From Lama guanicoe (Eukaryota), in NCBI GenBank assembly GCA_013239625.1, contig MU054187.1, positions 124,001-188,000 on the forward strand: DNA of 64,000 nt, given 5' to 3'. Shown here one piece after another: positions 13,001 to 26,810 of this stretch (its first letter is position 1; the number at the start of each line of letters is the position of its first letter). The translations under genes were made by a program, and so were the position numbers. A model generated the notes under the pieces. The model had not been told where the DNA came from. It saw only the letters and a program-made list of their open reading frames with translations, and did no database searches.

Positions 13001-13779
13001 GATCTCTGCTAAATTCTGTTGGATTGGTTTCTTTTGGTGTGATTCTGAGGCTGTCAGAGTTAATGGTTGAAAGTAATTTGAGTAGGCAATGTTAAGAAAA
13101 CAGTCTGATCAGGGAGGTGAGGGAAATATTAATGTATGTGTGCAGATACTCAGGCCACCTAAGAGAAAATTTAATAAATAATCGTTTCCTTTGGGGCGCA
13201 TGTGCAGCTCACAAGACAGCATGACTGCCCTTCCTGTCTAAGGTCTGTCTTTCCCACGCACTCCTGACGAGTTTGAATGGCTATTTGTTAAAAAAAAAAA
13301 TCACAGAATCGTAGAACGTGCTTTAAAACTGTCTCCTGTGATTTTGAAGGTTGACAAAAAGAAGAGCACATGCCCTTCCTGTGAACAGAGCCCCTGCCGT
13401 GGGGTCCCTGCCAAGCTGTCACCGTGGGGAGTGCTCATCCAGCCCGAACGCCCACCAGTTGTAGCCTTCTGCTGGGGCAGGCGAGAGGAGTCATCATCCT
13501 GTTTTAAGGGGTGCTTAGGAGGAATTATTAACAGAATGAAGCTCACATTTTCTACCTTTCTAAGTGTATGTTCTCTAAACAATTGGCGATGAAGGCCCTT
13601 GTCCACCCCTGCCGGGTGCTGTGTGAGAATGAGTGTGAGCACCAGTGTGGTGGCCGTCAGCTCTGATGCTGGGAGTGGCATGTGGCACCAGGGCATGGCC
13701 TGCCATCCACACGAGCACCTCGGGTAATCTGCATGGCCCGAGGCCAGAGTAACCGCACGCGTGTTTCTGTAACATACTC

Positions 13780-13912
13780 ACAAGACTTGGTGTGCTGTTT
13801 GTCCCTGGTTCCCAACTACCCTGTGCAAGTCTAGGCACTAAGCTGTGTGAACTGCTCTTGTGTGCATATCTTGTAAGTGTGCAGAAATTTAATGTTTGTT
13901 GATTGAATAAAT
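13780..13912 (+). mobile_element. L2 3' end fragment
   Basis: Ends aatgtttgttgattgaataaat, like the L2 3' terminus. Confidence 0.5.
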
Positions 13913-13994
13913 CAACTTGCTCTACTTTGAGGCAAAAACACATTCTTTACTCTGTAAACTCTCATGTATATACACACATAGTCCCTAATATGCT

Positions 13995-14770
13995 TTTTTT
14001 TTAAAACTGTGGTAAAATATGCATAACATAAAATGTACTATTTTAATATTCTTCGGTATATTCAGTGGCATGAAGTACATTGATGACTTGGTGCACTCAT
14101 CACCACTATCCGGAACTTCATCCTCTCACACATGGGCTTTGCACCATTAGACAGTGATTTCCCGTTCTCTCCCTGACTCCTGCCACTCCTGGTAACCTCT
14201 GTTATGCCATTAGTCGCTATGAATTTGCCTGTTCTAGGGGAGTCGTGGAAGAGGCATCATACAGTATTTGTCCTTTTGTGTCTGGCCTGTTTCATTCAGT
14301 ATAATGTCCTCGAAGTGCATCCATGTTGTAGCCTTTCCTTCCTTCCTGAGGCTGAATGGTATGCCACTATATGGATGAACAGAACGGTTTCTTTACTTGT
14401 TCGTCGTCTGTTGTTGCACATTTGAGTTGTTCCACCTTTAGACTGTGGTGAATAATGTTGCTGTGAACTGATGTCCAGGTGTGTTTCAGTCCCTCCTTTT
14501 GAGTATATACCTAGGAATGAAAATGGTAGATCGTATGATAATTCTGTGTTTAATTTTTTGAGGCAATATTGTAGTTTTCCACAGCGGCTGTACCGTTTTG
14601 CATTCTCACCAGCGATGTATAAGGGTTCCAGTTTCTCGACATCCTCAGCAATACTTGATATTTTCCTTTTTTTTCTTTTATTTTAAATAGCCATTCTAAT
14701 GAGTGTGTAGTGTTATTTCATCATCCTGGTTTTGACTTGCATTTCCCTAATGACTAGTGATGTTGAGCAC
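13995..14770 (-). mobile_element. L1MB-like 3' end
   Basis: Poly-T followed by tgtggtaaaatatgcataacataaaat...ctaatgactagtgatgttgagca. Confidence 0.9.
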
Positions 14771-15519
14771 ATGATCCACTTTTAAATTCTGAAATAGCCC
14801 CAGTAAACAGTTAAAAGTCAAACTCTGCAACAGAGATGCAGAGCTCCTCATCAGCCCTTTTCACTTCAGCCCGAAAACAGTTGCTTAAGGTGATTTCCAC
14901 TTAAGACCAAAGGCCCAGCCGCTGTTCTCAGGGCACAGAGACAGAGAAAAGGTTCTTCTCCAAGCAGGTAGTTTCTTGACAACATGGTCTTTTGCTATAT
15001 TTGTATCAGATGCATTAGGTATCTAAAATGATGATGTTCACCTACACTAACTAGCCTTCTTAGAAAAACCAAGCTTTTAATCTAAAGTGGGGACGTCTTG
15101 AAATCATAGTATCTGTGAAATGTTTGCTTATTTCTCTACTAGTAATTTTATGGCTTATTGGTTTATATGTAACTCTTCAATGCATCTCAAATGTATTTTG
15201 GTGTATAATACAAAGTAGAGATCAATTTTATTGTTTTTCCAAATACTTTTATCAGCTTTACTTCCTCAGTAATTTTCCCCTGCTGATTCTAAATGTTTCC
15301 CTTTTCACTTACTATATTCCAGTGCATCATAGGATTCTATTTCTTTGCTCCATATTTTATTTCATTGTGTTCTAAAGTCTGTAAACCTTGCCACAAATTA
15401 GTGCCTTGTGTCTGTGTTAATGAATAATTTATAAATAAATACGCTTGACTGGGAGACAGAAATCTTTAAAAATTTTAAAACAAGGTCCTTGATCACTTTC
15501 AAAGACAACCAAGCTAGTG

Positions 15520-15587
15520 GACTTGGCTGTTGTCCCTTCAGTGCAGCGTAGACTCGGCTGTTGTCCCTTCAGTGCAGCGTAGACTCG
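15520..15587. repeat. 31-bp tandem duplication (2.2 copies)
   Basis: gacttggctgttgtcccttcagtgcagcgta / gactcggctgttgtcccttcagtgcagcgta / gactcg; one mismatch. Confidence 0.95.
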
Positions 15588-18500
15588 CCGAGCCCGCCAC
15601 CTGGACTTCACTGCAGGCACACGGCCCCTGCACGGACCCCACGGTGGAGGGCCTGCTGCTGGACTCACAGTTAGTGGTTTCGTTTCTCAGTTTTCCCAGG
15701 AAATTCTAAGACAGGATTTTAGAGCAATGTCTTGTAACACAATGAGACTTTTTTTTTTTTTAAGTACTGTGTTGATCAGCTCAGTCTTTAAGGATCCCCT
15801 CGCTTGCTAGTGATCAGTTTAACGTGTCAGCTGCAGGGATGGCAGGGCCCTCTTCAGTTCATCTCTTTACTTCCTATTGAAACTGGCACACATGTCGAGT
15901 GTTCGCTTGATATGAATTGAACAAAAGTGGAATGTTTTTGAATTTTGTTCTTGTGTCAAGCAAGCTGAAGAATGTTTTGTTCATATTAGAATTTAACCTT
16001 GAGAATCTTTGTTCCCTGAAATTTTTACCCTTGGTCTCGGAGCTAGTTCCCACCTCTCCCAGTCTAACCCGTGATAGCCCAAGACAGTGTGCCGAAGGTG
16101 GCGTGACAATTCTTCTTACTTTGAAAAGAAGCTAACGTGGGTGATGCTTGGTGTGAGTTACTTCTCTTAACCTAATGCAAGCGTAAGGGAGGCATTACGG
16201 TCTTCAGTTTGCAGATGGGAACATTGAAGTCAGGGAGACGGGGTAATCTGCTGAATGTCCAGAATTCTTGGGGTCTGCAGAGCTGGGTGACAGGGCATAC
16301 TAGAGTCCAGAATGGAGCTCTGGTCACCTGGCTTCAGAAAGGAGCCCCGTCCTTGTCTTATACTTGCTTTAGTGTCGAGCACACAGCAGGCCTGGGATGT
16401 CAAGTTTTCTTGAGTCTTATAGTCTGTTGATGAGATAGGAGAATGTTGGTGACCCAGAAAAAATGTAAACAAATTGGATGAGGCTCAGAGTTTTCTAGGG
16501 ACATGGCTGTGGCTTCACCTTTTCCTGCCGTGCTGTGCGGCTTCCGAAACAGTGTGTACGTGGCCTTTTCTAGGCTTTGCTTTTTCAGAGGAAAATGCAT
16601 GAGTAGCATTTTGAGAATGATTGTTGGATCCAAGTCATCTGCCAGCAGAGGGTCTCCTTGGAGTGGGTGTGAAGTCAGAGGCAGAGATGGTGGAATCCAC
16701 TAGTGGGGTGGCTCCAGGGACAAGGTGAGTGCCACCTCACTCAGGTGTACAGGAGACATTTCATGAGGTCGCTTTGATGAATAAATAGTGGTAACTGTGC
16801 TTCATACATCCTCCTTTCCTGACTGCTTTCTTCTCAAGAACAAATAATTAAAACAAGAAATTTCTGTCTTGGGTGTTATGGAATGTGTTGTACACGAAGA
16901 AAATACAGAATCTGCAAGAAGGATTTTAGAAAAAAATCCAGAGGTTTTTTATTGCTCTAAAAGAGGAGAGCTCCGTTTCGTGTTTGGAAGCATTCCAGTT
17001 AGTTTTTGAAGAAGGAAATCTAATCAGCAAGATAGGGCAGAAGTTTGTGTTAATGAAGGATGTTCCTAGTTCTTAGTAATGTATGAGCAGGAGAGAGTTT
17101 TAGTCTTAAGAGGACCGTCTTCTTCCTGCCTGCTCTGTCCTTCCTTCCTTTAGGTAAAAAGCACGTGCTCTGACCATCTGGTCTCAGCTGTGCTGTAAAG
17201 CATAACTGTATGTACCTATGTGTGTTTCCTTGCATGGTCTCTTTCCCCAAATTTATGAAGAAAATAACCATTTTATAATTCTTCTATTTTCCCTATTTGG
17301 TTGTCAGCAGCAGGAAAACCTTCTAAAGGCTTGGTCAGAGCCAGTGTGGAAATGTGAGGGCCTGTGAGCTCAGAGGGAAGGAGGAAGTTGCTGGCTATTC
17401 TGGCCACCAGAGTGACCTAAAGCTGACCAGCCTCCCCTCTGCTGTTTGCAGGATTCGCTGGGGTACAAATGTGTTCGTGTCAAAAATCACAAAATACCAC
17501 TATGTTGTGTGTACCATCTTTTGTGTTTTCCTCTTTTTAAAAGACAATTAAAAGTGGAAAGTATTTGTTGAATTTTTAAAATATGATTTTAAAATCCATC
17601 TTTATTTTATTTATTAATTTTTTTACTCCTAGAAAGTGTTTTATTTGCTGGATGTCCTTGTTTTTGGATAGTTCTTCTTTTCCTCCAGGTAGTAATATTC
17701 TATTTCTGAGAAAGCTCTTTATTATGTATTATTTTATTTGTGAAGTCTTCAATAACCTAATTAATGATGTTTCTGCCACATTAAATTTTCTTTTAATTTT
17801 AAGGCAAGATTTTCTTTCAGAATTTGAACCTTGGTTCTATTTTGATATATTTTTACCTAAATTCCATTCTGTGAGCTTCCTGGTATCTTATTGAAAACCT
17901 GTTTCATTTTATTTGACCCAAACCAGATCAGTAAGATTGAGGCATTGCACACAGGTGGCCCTTGGTAGGATCGTGGCCACAGATTTTAGTTTTGTGGCCA
18001 AATTCAGACTAGTGTGGCCTGAGAACCTGGCTTGGAAGCAGGGAGGCTTGAAGACTGTGCTTTAGCGGAAAAGACCTGCTGGCTGCAGGGGCTGGAAAGG
18101 AGGGGCTCTAACACTTGAACTGCTTGGAACCCCCAGTGGAGCTGCCAGCCTCAGTGTCGAGGTTGTGCTCGGATTTGTGCGAAGTTGTAAACGCTTGGGT
18201 TGGTCATGTGGATTGCACCCCGTTTGCCACTGTTTTCTCTGTATGATGCCGTGCCGTGTAGCCTGAGGATGCCTGTCAGAGTTTTCTACAATAATCCTAA
18301 CACCACGGCTGGCCTCAGTGTGGTCTTCTCAGTAAGACGTGCTGGCTTCCTTAGGAAAACAGAGTGAGGCATGTTTCCCTGGTGTTACGATTCAGTCTTT
18401 GCCAGAACTATAGGCTCTTTTTTTTCCTGCCGTTGGGTGAAGAGATGGCATCTTCCTCCCATCCCCACGAGAAGACCAAGTGTCCCGCAGGGACTCGCAG

Positions 18501-18588
18501 GCTCGCTGGTATCGGTCTGATTCACAATCCGGAATCCCAGCACTCAGAAGTCATTTTAGGGATCAGTTCATTGGAATTGACCCTTGAG

Positions 18589-18727
18589 TAGGGTTACGGA
18601 AGGCACCCAAGTGAATGTGAATTTTAGGTAAACTTCGGGGCATACTCGCACTAAAAAATTATTCGTTTATCTGAAATCCACACTTAACTGGCCATCCTAT
18701 GTTTTATTTGGTAAATCTGGCACTGTT
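18589..18727. mobile_element. MER53-like palindromic hAT MITE
   Basis: tagggtt...ctaaaaaattattcgtttatctgaaatccacacttaactggccatcctatgttttatttggtaaatctggca matches recalled MER53. Confidence 0.8.
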
Positions 18728-20926
18728 CACTTGAGGCTAAATTATCTAAAATATTAAGAATTCATGTAAAATAATGTCCCTGGGTGGCTGAGAAACATTC
18801 CCTGCTTCTTATTCCTTACCTAAACCTTGAAGTTGGGGAAGCTTTTACTCCTTCTACACTCCCCTCCCGTATGCCAAGAGTAGGATGTTCGTGAGGGCAC
18901 TTAGCCCGCTGTTGCACGCACCCGGCTCCCGTAGTTGGTCATGTAGGGAAGGCCTGGCCATGGGCAGTGTGGTGAGGTCCTGACCTCTCCTGACCCCCTG
19001 CTGGAACTGCGGACTCAGCACTTGGGTTTGTCCCTGCTCAAGTGCTGTCCCCAGCCAGCCAGCTAGGGGCACAGTAGGCAGCCCATAAACCTCCTGGCAT
19101 GTTTCAGGGGGCCCCCAGGTCAGTCTACCTTTCCTCCTCCCCTCAGGATCTCCGAGTTCCCATATCGAGTTATTCCAGTTTCCCAGAGAACAAGAGGGGC
19201 TGGTATGATGTCAGAGGTGGGTCAGAGGTTGGAAGGGAGTTGGAAGAATTTAGTCATTATTAATATATTTTTAAAGAATTGTTAATATCTTCTAAAAGTA
19301 GTAACAGCCCGTATCCAAGTGAGAGAGAGCAGTGTTCACAATCCCTGCCAAGGGTCCTGGCTGTGGGAATCCAGACATTCTGTACATTATTTCTGGTGTC
19401 GTTGAGTAGAATTTGGTCTTTTGTATGGACCTTTCACAGAAGGAAGCTTTTATTTCCAAAGGCCATCATTAAAGGTGTGAAGGCCACAGTGTGAATTAAG
19501 GTGACACGCCCTGCTTTGAATTGGATTTCCTGCTAGTTCTGATCGCAGGCATTCTTCCCGGACTAGGGTGAATTCAGTTCCAGTGTTTGCTTGTAAAACT
19601 GAATCCAGTCATTGTATTTGCAGTTTGGCTGTCTGCCTGCTGTTAAAGTACAGAGCAAACTTCAGCTAGTTACTCCCTACGGCTCTGTGTCCTCCACAAA
19701 GAGCAGGGGAAGGAAAGGGGAAAACCCAAGGGTGACCGAGTTCATTTACATACGTGCCAGAGGGCAGCTGTGTATTGCCTGTGGTCACATGACTGTGGAG
19801 ATTCCTGATATTCCATTTACTGGAATAGGATGCATCTGAAAAACCCAAAACACAAAAACTGTCTCTCTTTATGGTGCTAGGGTCAGGGTTAGCAGCTGTG
19901 TAACCCACTTCTACCACGTAGCAAATATAGGTGAAAAAAAAATAGGAGATTTTATGTTTCTCCCTCTTTTAAAAGTTATGTGTGTAAAGAAAAACTTCTA
20001 TAAGGGAGAGGCCACAAAGCAGGATGGTGGCACTGCTGACTGGTCCCACCCGACCATGGCCACGGAGCTGTCTGAGGGAGCCCAGGCCAGGAGGCTGCCA
20101 TCTGGATCTGTAGATCAGATCTGCAGGGTTCACCTCTTTTAAGTGGAGGAAGAGAAAATACGATTCCGTGTGCCCAGTGTGACTCAGGCACCCCATGATG
20201 ACCCCCCCGACGAAGCTTGGCTGACTGTGTATGAGAAGGATTGCTTCTCACTAGGGTTAGAGGTGAGAAGGGCACAGGGGCACCAGCCAGCTCGGGAGCC
20301 CTGAGGAGTCGTGCTCCTCACCGAGGCGGCGCCTGAGGAGCTGAAACAAGGTGTGGAGGTGATGCCAGGTCTGGAGGCTCCCCTCGGCCCTGGTGACACT
20401 GCAGCCTCCCTGTCTCCTGCCGCCCGGATTCTATTGTTTAATTCTGGTCTAGCCCATTGAGCTAGAGCCACATAACCTTTCCTTTAGACGTAGTTTTATA
20501 TAGATGGAAGAAATTTGAATGTTTTATTGAATAGATATCAATAAATTTTGAGTTTTTTGTTATCAAAGAGCCCTGCTGCCTTGCTGCTATTTTGCTACGT
20601 GCTAAGAGAAAAATCAGAACATCTAAGACAGGAATTTTTGCCACAGGGAGCCTACGGTCTTCTTTTGGATAGAAGCCCTAAAAACCAGCAAACCCTGGAA
20701 ACCAGCAGACTGTTGTCTGGTAGCAGAATGTGAACAAAGAGAAAAAGCCTAGCTTCCTGCATGGACGTTTCGTGGAGATGGCACGCTAAACCAAACTCAC
20801 GGATGTGAAGAGATGCGTGACGAGCTTCCCAGAGCTGCCGTGGAATGCTGCAGAGATGGTGCATCCAAACGCCAGGGAGGACAACAGGGAGAGTTTACAA
20901 AGGCCAAAATGAAGCAACCAAAACAG

Positions 20927-23329
20927 GACTTCTGACTTCGTTTCTGGTCTGACACGTAAGGAACTTGGAAGTCATCACTTCTGTTTTAAAACAAGAAAAA
21001 AGCTGAACAAAGAAAATCAACAGTTCTTTTAGATCCAACAGAGAATTGAAGTCATAGCGCACAGATCACTGTCTCCAAAGTCAGGGAGACAGCAAGGGAC
21101 ACAGAGACTCAGCTTCTGGAGCAGAAGCCCAGGAGCAAAAGCATCCACTGGAGCCAGTCCTGGGGTAGAAGGAAGAGCTTGCACTGTAACAGACAAAGTC
21201 AGAGCTAGAGGCTCTGAAACTCCAGGGGTCCCTGTCTTGGGGGATGGGGGTGCAGTTTTGTGAGATTTACCTCCAGGAGTCCTACCAGGTTCTCACAGTG
21301 AAGATCAGGGAAAATTCCCCTCAGGCCTCAGGCCTGGGGAGGGAAAAGGAACCTGTACTTCTTAACAAGTCCTGCCCATGGGGAAACAGTTCAACCAGAG
21401 CCTCCTCTGCTGGGGTTTTATCAGAGCCCAGCAGACCCTGGGGGGAAGGGAGATACTCAACTCCAGATTCCTCCAGTCTTCCCGTCTTACCTAAAGGGGT
21501 GGAGGAGGAGTTGAGAAGCTGTCCTGAAGGTCACAGTCCAGAGGTACAGGCTCCCTGACAGCTGAGACCTGATCGTGGGCTCTGGAAATTGCCCCTCACC
21601 CCTACCCCACCGTGGCATCAGTGGGGTGCCTTTATGATGACAGGGGAATAAAAATGAAAGAGCCACATGTCTCAGACCTCATTTGAGAAGAAACCTCTGG
21701 GGAAACACAAAGACAACAGGGCAGACAAAAACTGATCCCAGAGAAAATGTTTGCCATGAGGAAGTGTCACTCCTCGCCAGGAAACCATAAAGCCTCCCTC
21801 TAAAGGCCCAGGACATCGTGTCTGGCTTTCAACAAAAAGTTTTGAGACATTCATTCTAAAAGGGAAAAATCATAGTATGAAGAAAAACAGAGGACGCATT
21901 AGAACCAGACTTAGATGTGGCGGAGACGTTGGAATTAGCTAGTAATTTAACATGAATGTGACAAATATTCTGGGGCCGCAAAGGAAAAAGTGGACAGCAG
22001 GTAAGAACAGGTGGGTAATGCAGGCAGAGAGATGGAGACTCCAAGAAAGAATCAAGAGGAAGTGCTAGAGATCAAAACGCTGTCACAGAATAGAGTGCCT
22101 TTGGTGGCTCACCAGCAGACTGAAAGTGGCTAAGCAGAGAATCAGTGAGCTGGAAGAAATGTCAGTAGAAACTATGCAGAGAGAAAAGAGGAATGAAAAA
22201 AGGGAACTTAATATCCAAGAGCTGTGGGACAATGACAAAAGATGTGACACACAGGTGTTGGGGACACCAGAGAGGAACGAGAAAGGAAGGAAATATTTGA
22301 ACCAATATAATGACTGAGAATTTCCCAAAACTTAGTGATAGGCAACAAACTACTGATCCAGGAATCTCAGAGAACATCAAGCAGGATACATAACACAAAA
22401 TACATACCCAGGTGTATCATATTCAAATACAGAAAGTCAGAGACAAAGAAGAAATCTTGAAAAGGCTCAAAGAGGGAGGAGAACACTTAACTCAGAGAGA
22501 GGTTAGGATAAGACTTGCATCATCAGACTCCTCAGAAACTATGCAAGCTGGAAGAGAGGATAGTGAAGTACTTGAAGTATTGAAAGAAAAACCCACCAGT
22601 TTCAAACCCTAATCTAGCAAATGCATCCTTGAAAAATAAACACTGCCTCACACAAACAAAATCTTTGGGAATTTGTTTACATTAGAGCTGCCTTGTAAGA
22701 AATGCTGAAAGAAGTTCTTCATAAAGAAGGAACATGATACAGGTCAAAAACTAGGATCTGTATAAAGAAAGGAAGAGCTTAGAGAAGGAATAAACATAGG
22801 TTAAATGAAATATATTTCTTACTCTTACATCATCTAATAGACAACAGTTTGTTCAGAACAACAGTAGAAACAATGTATTTGGTGAAATGAATGACAGCAA
22901 CGCAATAAGGGACCAGAGGGCAAAACTGGGAACACTTTGTTATGAGGTATGCGCACGACCAGTAAAATGATAAAACAGCGTTATTTGAAAGTGGACTGAG
23001 TGAGCTGAAAATGTATATTGCAGACTCAAGGGGAACCACGAAACTTGAAAAAAGAAGTATAATTTGATATGCTAAAAGAAGAGAAAAATGAAATGTCCAA
23101 TTAAAATCACAGAAGGCAGAAAGAGTGCAGACAGTAATAAGAACAAACAGCAAACAGTAACCGCTGTGCGAGACACTGAGCCTGTGCGGCAGTCACTTTA
23201 ACATCAGTGGTCTGAATTCACCAAGTACAAGACAGAGGCTGACAGAGGAGGGAAAACTAAGGTCCAAGTGTATGTTGTCTATAAGAAACCCACTTCAGAT
23301 ACAAAGACAGATTTAAAGTGAAAGGATGG
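20927..23329 (+). mobile_element. Old L1 (L1MD/MC-like) 5' UTR, ORF1 and start of ORF2 endonuclease
   Basis: ORF1 remnants AKQRISELEEMSVET..NIQELWDN..; fragments of ORF2 start (tatgttgtctataagaaacccactt, aaagtgaaaggatgg). Confidence 0.88.
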
Positions 23330-23975
23330 CACTGTGATGTGAATGTAAATTGGTGCAGTCACTACAGAAGCAGCGTGGAGGTGCCTTAAAAACTAAAAAT
23401 GGAACTGCCATAGGATCCAGCAGTCCCACTCCTGAAGAAAGCAGAGACACTAATTTGGAAAGATATGTGCACCCCAGTGTTTGTAGCAGCATTATTTACA
23501 ATAGTCAAGACATGGAAGCAACCAGGTGTGCATCAGTGGATGAATGTGTGCATATATGTACACACATACACAGACACACACACCACTGGAATACTATTCG
23601 GCCATAGAAAAGAAAGAAATCCTGCTAATTGTGACTACATTAGTGGGCCTTTTGGACATATGCTAAATTAAATAAGTCAGACAAAGAAAGACAAAAACAT
23701 GTGATTTCACTTATATGTGAAATTCTAAAAGAATGACAAAACTAATTCATAGAGAAAACAGATGGTGGTTACCAGAGGCATGAGGTGGGCATGGGAGAAG
23801 ACAGGGGTGTGTCACAATGTACAAACTTCCAGTTATAAGATAAATGAGTACTGGGGGTGTAGTGTATAGCATGGTGACTACAGTTAATAGCACTATTATG
23901 TATATAAGTAGCTAATCATTTTGTTGCACACCTGAAACTAATGTAATGTTATCTGTCAATTCTACCTCAGTCTTT
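23330..23975 (+). mobile_element. 5'-truncated L1 (L1MA9-like 3' end) nested in the older L1
   Basis: ORF2 C-terminus CTPVFVAALFTIVKTWKQP; 3' UTR acaaacttccagttataagataaat; degenerate TSD aaagtgaaaggatg / aaatgtaaatggatg. Confidence 0.85.
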
Positions 23976-24235
23976 TAAAATGTAAATGGATGCAAAGAGC
24001 TACTAACACTTACCAAAAGAAAGCTGGAGTAGCTACGTTAATTTCAGACAAAGCAGCCTTCAGAGTGAGGAAAATTATCAAGGAAAAAGAGGAGCATCAC
24101 ATAATTATAAAGAGATCAATTCTTCAAGAAGGCAACAATTCTTAATGTGCATGTGCCTAACAAGAGACCACCAAAGTATATAAAGCGAAAACTGATCGAA
24201 GTGCAAGGGGAGACGGAGGACTGTTGTTACAGACT
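23976..24235 (+). mobile_element. Resumption of the host L1 ORF2 endonuclease region
   Basis: ccaaaagaaagctggagtagct...tcagacaaagca...tcaattcttcaagaag. Confidence 0.8.
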
Positions 24236-26269
24236 TGCTGCAACTCTGGTACCTGAGTGAGAGCGCGCCCTGGCCATTGGCACCTTTGACGGGAGGGCCT
24301 GGGCCAGCAGCGGAGGGAGAAGGGGCCAGGTTTGTGTTTCCATTGGGCGATTCTGGCAGCAGCTTGAGGGATGAGCTGGAGGTGGGCAGAGACCACTGGG
24401 AAGGCTGTCATGGGGAAGCCCTGGGCCTGGTAACTGAGGCTGGCGGCAGTCCATCAGCTTAGGGTTAGGGGTTATGGATTAGGGGCTAGGGCTAAAAGTA
24501 ATATGTGCTCAATGAATGGGCAAGTTGGTTGGGTTCACGTAAGCTTGTAAATACTGGAATTGTAAGTCAAGCTTCATCCCCTGAGATCGTGTGCAGTGCT
24601 TTTGCTGAGAGAAAGGGCTTCGGGGTTAGGGTGAAAAGCTTGAAAATGGTGGAGCCTTGTGTGGGACTTCAAAGGAAGATGACAAGACACAGAAAAAGGT
24701 GGTTTTGCTGCATCATCTGGGTGTGTGTTTTCTCCAGCAAGGCCTAGATGTGCGGGAAGAAATGACAACAAAGGGGACTAAGGGGCTTTGCCAGAAGAAG
24801 CAGGGGCTGACAGCCGTGTGGTCCAGGCGGAGTGAGGAGAAGCTGGTGGCTGACAGAGGGAGGGGCCCACGGAGCTGAGGGCATGCCGTGAGGCTCAGGT
24901 TCTTCAACAGCAGCCTAGGTTTTAGATGCCAGGTGTCTAGCGGGACTTGAGAATGAAAGAAGGGCTGAATCAGATATAAAAAGAACAGTGGGGAAGAGAC
25001 CTGACGCCAGAGAAGATTGTGAAGCCCCCTCACCACTGCCCCCACCGTGTGTCCCCACCACCTGACCCGGCGCAGTACTGAGGGTCTGATCGTTGCTGAA
25101 CTTGTGGATCGTACATGAAGGCCTTACTTAGTTCAACTGTGTATTCACCTTTTGTGTCCACTAATTATGAAATGACAGACAGTTACAAAACATAGGAGCC
25201 ATGTTCTGACTGAACTCCTTACTTTTTTTTAAACACCTTTATCCTTTATTGATTCCTGTACAGTAAACTATGCATATTTCATATGTACAATTCGATGAAT
25301 TTTGATAGGTGTATACACCCATGAAACCACCCTGCTTTTTAAAAAATGGATTTCTACAAGTCTTAAGGGTCAAGGTGTGAGGGGTGCATGGCAGGTCTTT
25401 GGAGATCATTCTAAGTCCTGCCCTGCAGTTCAGAGAAGTGGGGTTTGGTACTTAACAGAGAATCTAAGGGCTTTGCTTTTTTCCTAAAGAATCCTCTTTT
25501 CCCAAGGGAAGCTGTCTGTTGGTGGCTGGATTGTTTATTCTCAGCCCAGTTAGGACTGACTGACTGCTAGCAGCTGCATTTACCCTCCAGGGTGGGGATC
25601 CTGTCCCTGCTAGTGCATTAGACCAACTTCCTGCTTATCCTTATCTAAATGCTAAAGAAAAGAAGTTAAAAATTCTGTAGGCCTGAGAGAGACTAACAGG
25701 GAGAGGGAAGCCCACGTTTTAGGGATGAGGTGAGAGTGGGTCAGAGAATTTTGCTGAATGACCACTCCACGCTGATCACTCCACACTGCCACCCCTCCCT
25801 AGGCTGCCACTCCCTCCGTGGGCGGTGAATAAACCCTGGGAAGCGGGACTGTGCTGAGATGAGGGCTGCGTTTTAAACACTTATGAATGATGCCGTAAAA
25901 AGGTCACAAGGTTAGCGTATGACCACAGTTTTCTAATGAAACAGAGCTAATAAAATTGTTCTCTAGATGTCTGCTTTGGCTGAGAATGGGTAAGCTGGCC
26001 TTCAGCAGAGAGGACAGTAAATGTTGCCATTATTTAAAAACCACTGTGCTGACTTGTTGTAGTCAAAACAGTGAAAAGGGAAGAGAAAACAGAAGAGTTA
26101 CTTAAATTTACTTTTCAACTTTATTAAAAGAAAGCATCTCTAATACTACAGGCTGATTTTTTTTGACAGCTCATATTACCAGGAAGCGTATTCAAAACGT
26201 ACAGTAATTGCACGACTGCGGTGCAGCATGTTGACCCTGTTAGACAGTCCATGGCACTCTCTGCTCCTT

Positions 26270-26580
26270 CCCAGTCCAGCACTCTGCTTTGTGTCTCATG
26301 GCTGAGGTCTGGCACTACCTCCTTTTAGGAACTTCCTCTAACTCCACTCTGCATTAAGATCTTTAGTTCCAGAACACCATTTTCCAAGATACACCTCTAA
26401 TCTGTATGATTTACAATATTAATCTGGACCACTTACCACAGTCTGTGATGATTTTCTTCTGTCTTGTCTTTCCCCCAGTGTCCCTAGAGAGTAGATACCT
26501 TCAGGTCAGGGACTGTCTTATGAAACTTGGCGTCTGGGAAATAGTAGGTATTCACGAAGTAGTTATTAGGGTGAATTAAT
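26270..26580 (+). mobile_element. L2 3' fragment
   Basis: cagggactgtctt...atagtaggtattcacgaagt...gtgaattaat. Confidence 0.5.
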
Positions 26581-26649
26581 AGGTAATGGAAATTAATTCT
26601 GTTAGAATTAAATTAACAGTTAACATTTAAATTAACACTGTTAAAAGAA

Positions 26650-26810
26650 CATGCTACAAATCATCTTTGTACTGAATTCTTTGCATGAGAGACCTCATTT
26701 AACCTTCACAGTAACCCTAAGAGTTAGGAACTGGCACCACCCCTTTCTGACAGGAGAGGAGCCTGCTCAAGCTGGCACCACTGGTAAGAGTCTGACCTGG
26801 GCTCCTCGGT
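26650..26810 (-). mobile_element. MIR fragment
   Basis: ctcatttaaccttcacagtaaccctaagag, the antisense MIR core. Confidence 0.6.

Noticed and set aside
16719..16732. Isolated strong donor AAG|gtgagt
   Set aside because: No convincing paired acceptor or SPIDR-like reading frame.
26590..26645. AT-rich inverted repeats (aattaattct..agaattaaatt; ttaacagt..actgttaa) as a miRNA or MITE
   Set aside because: Short low-complexity arms expected by chance in AT-rich DNA.
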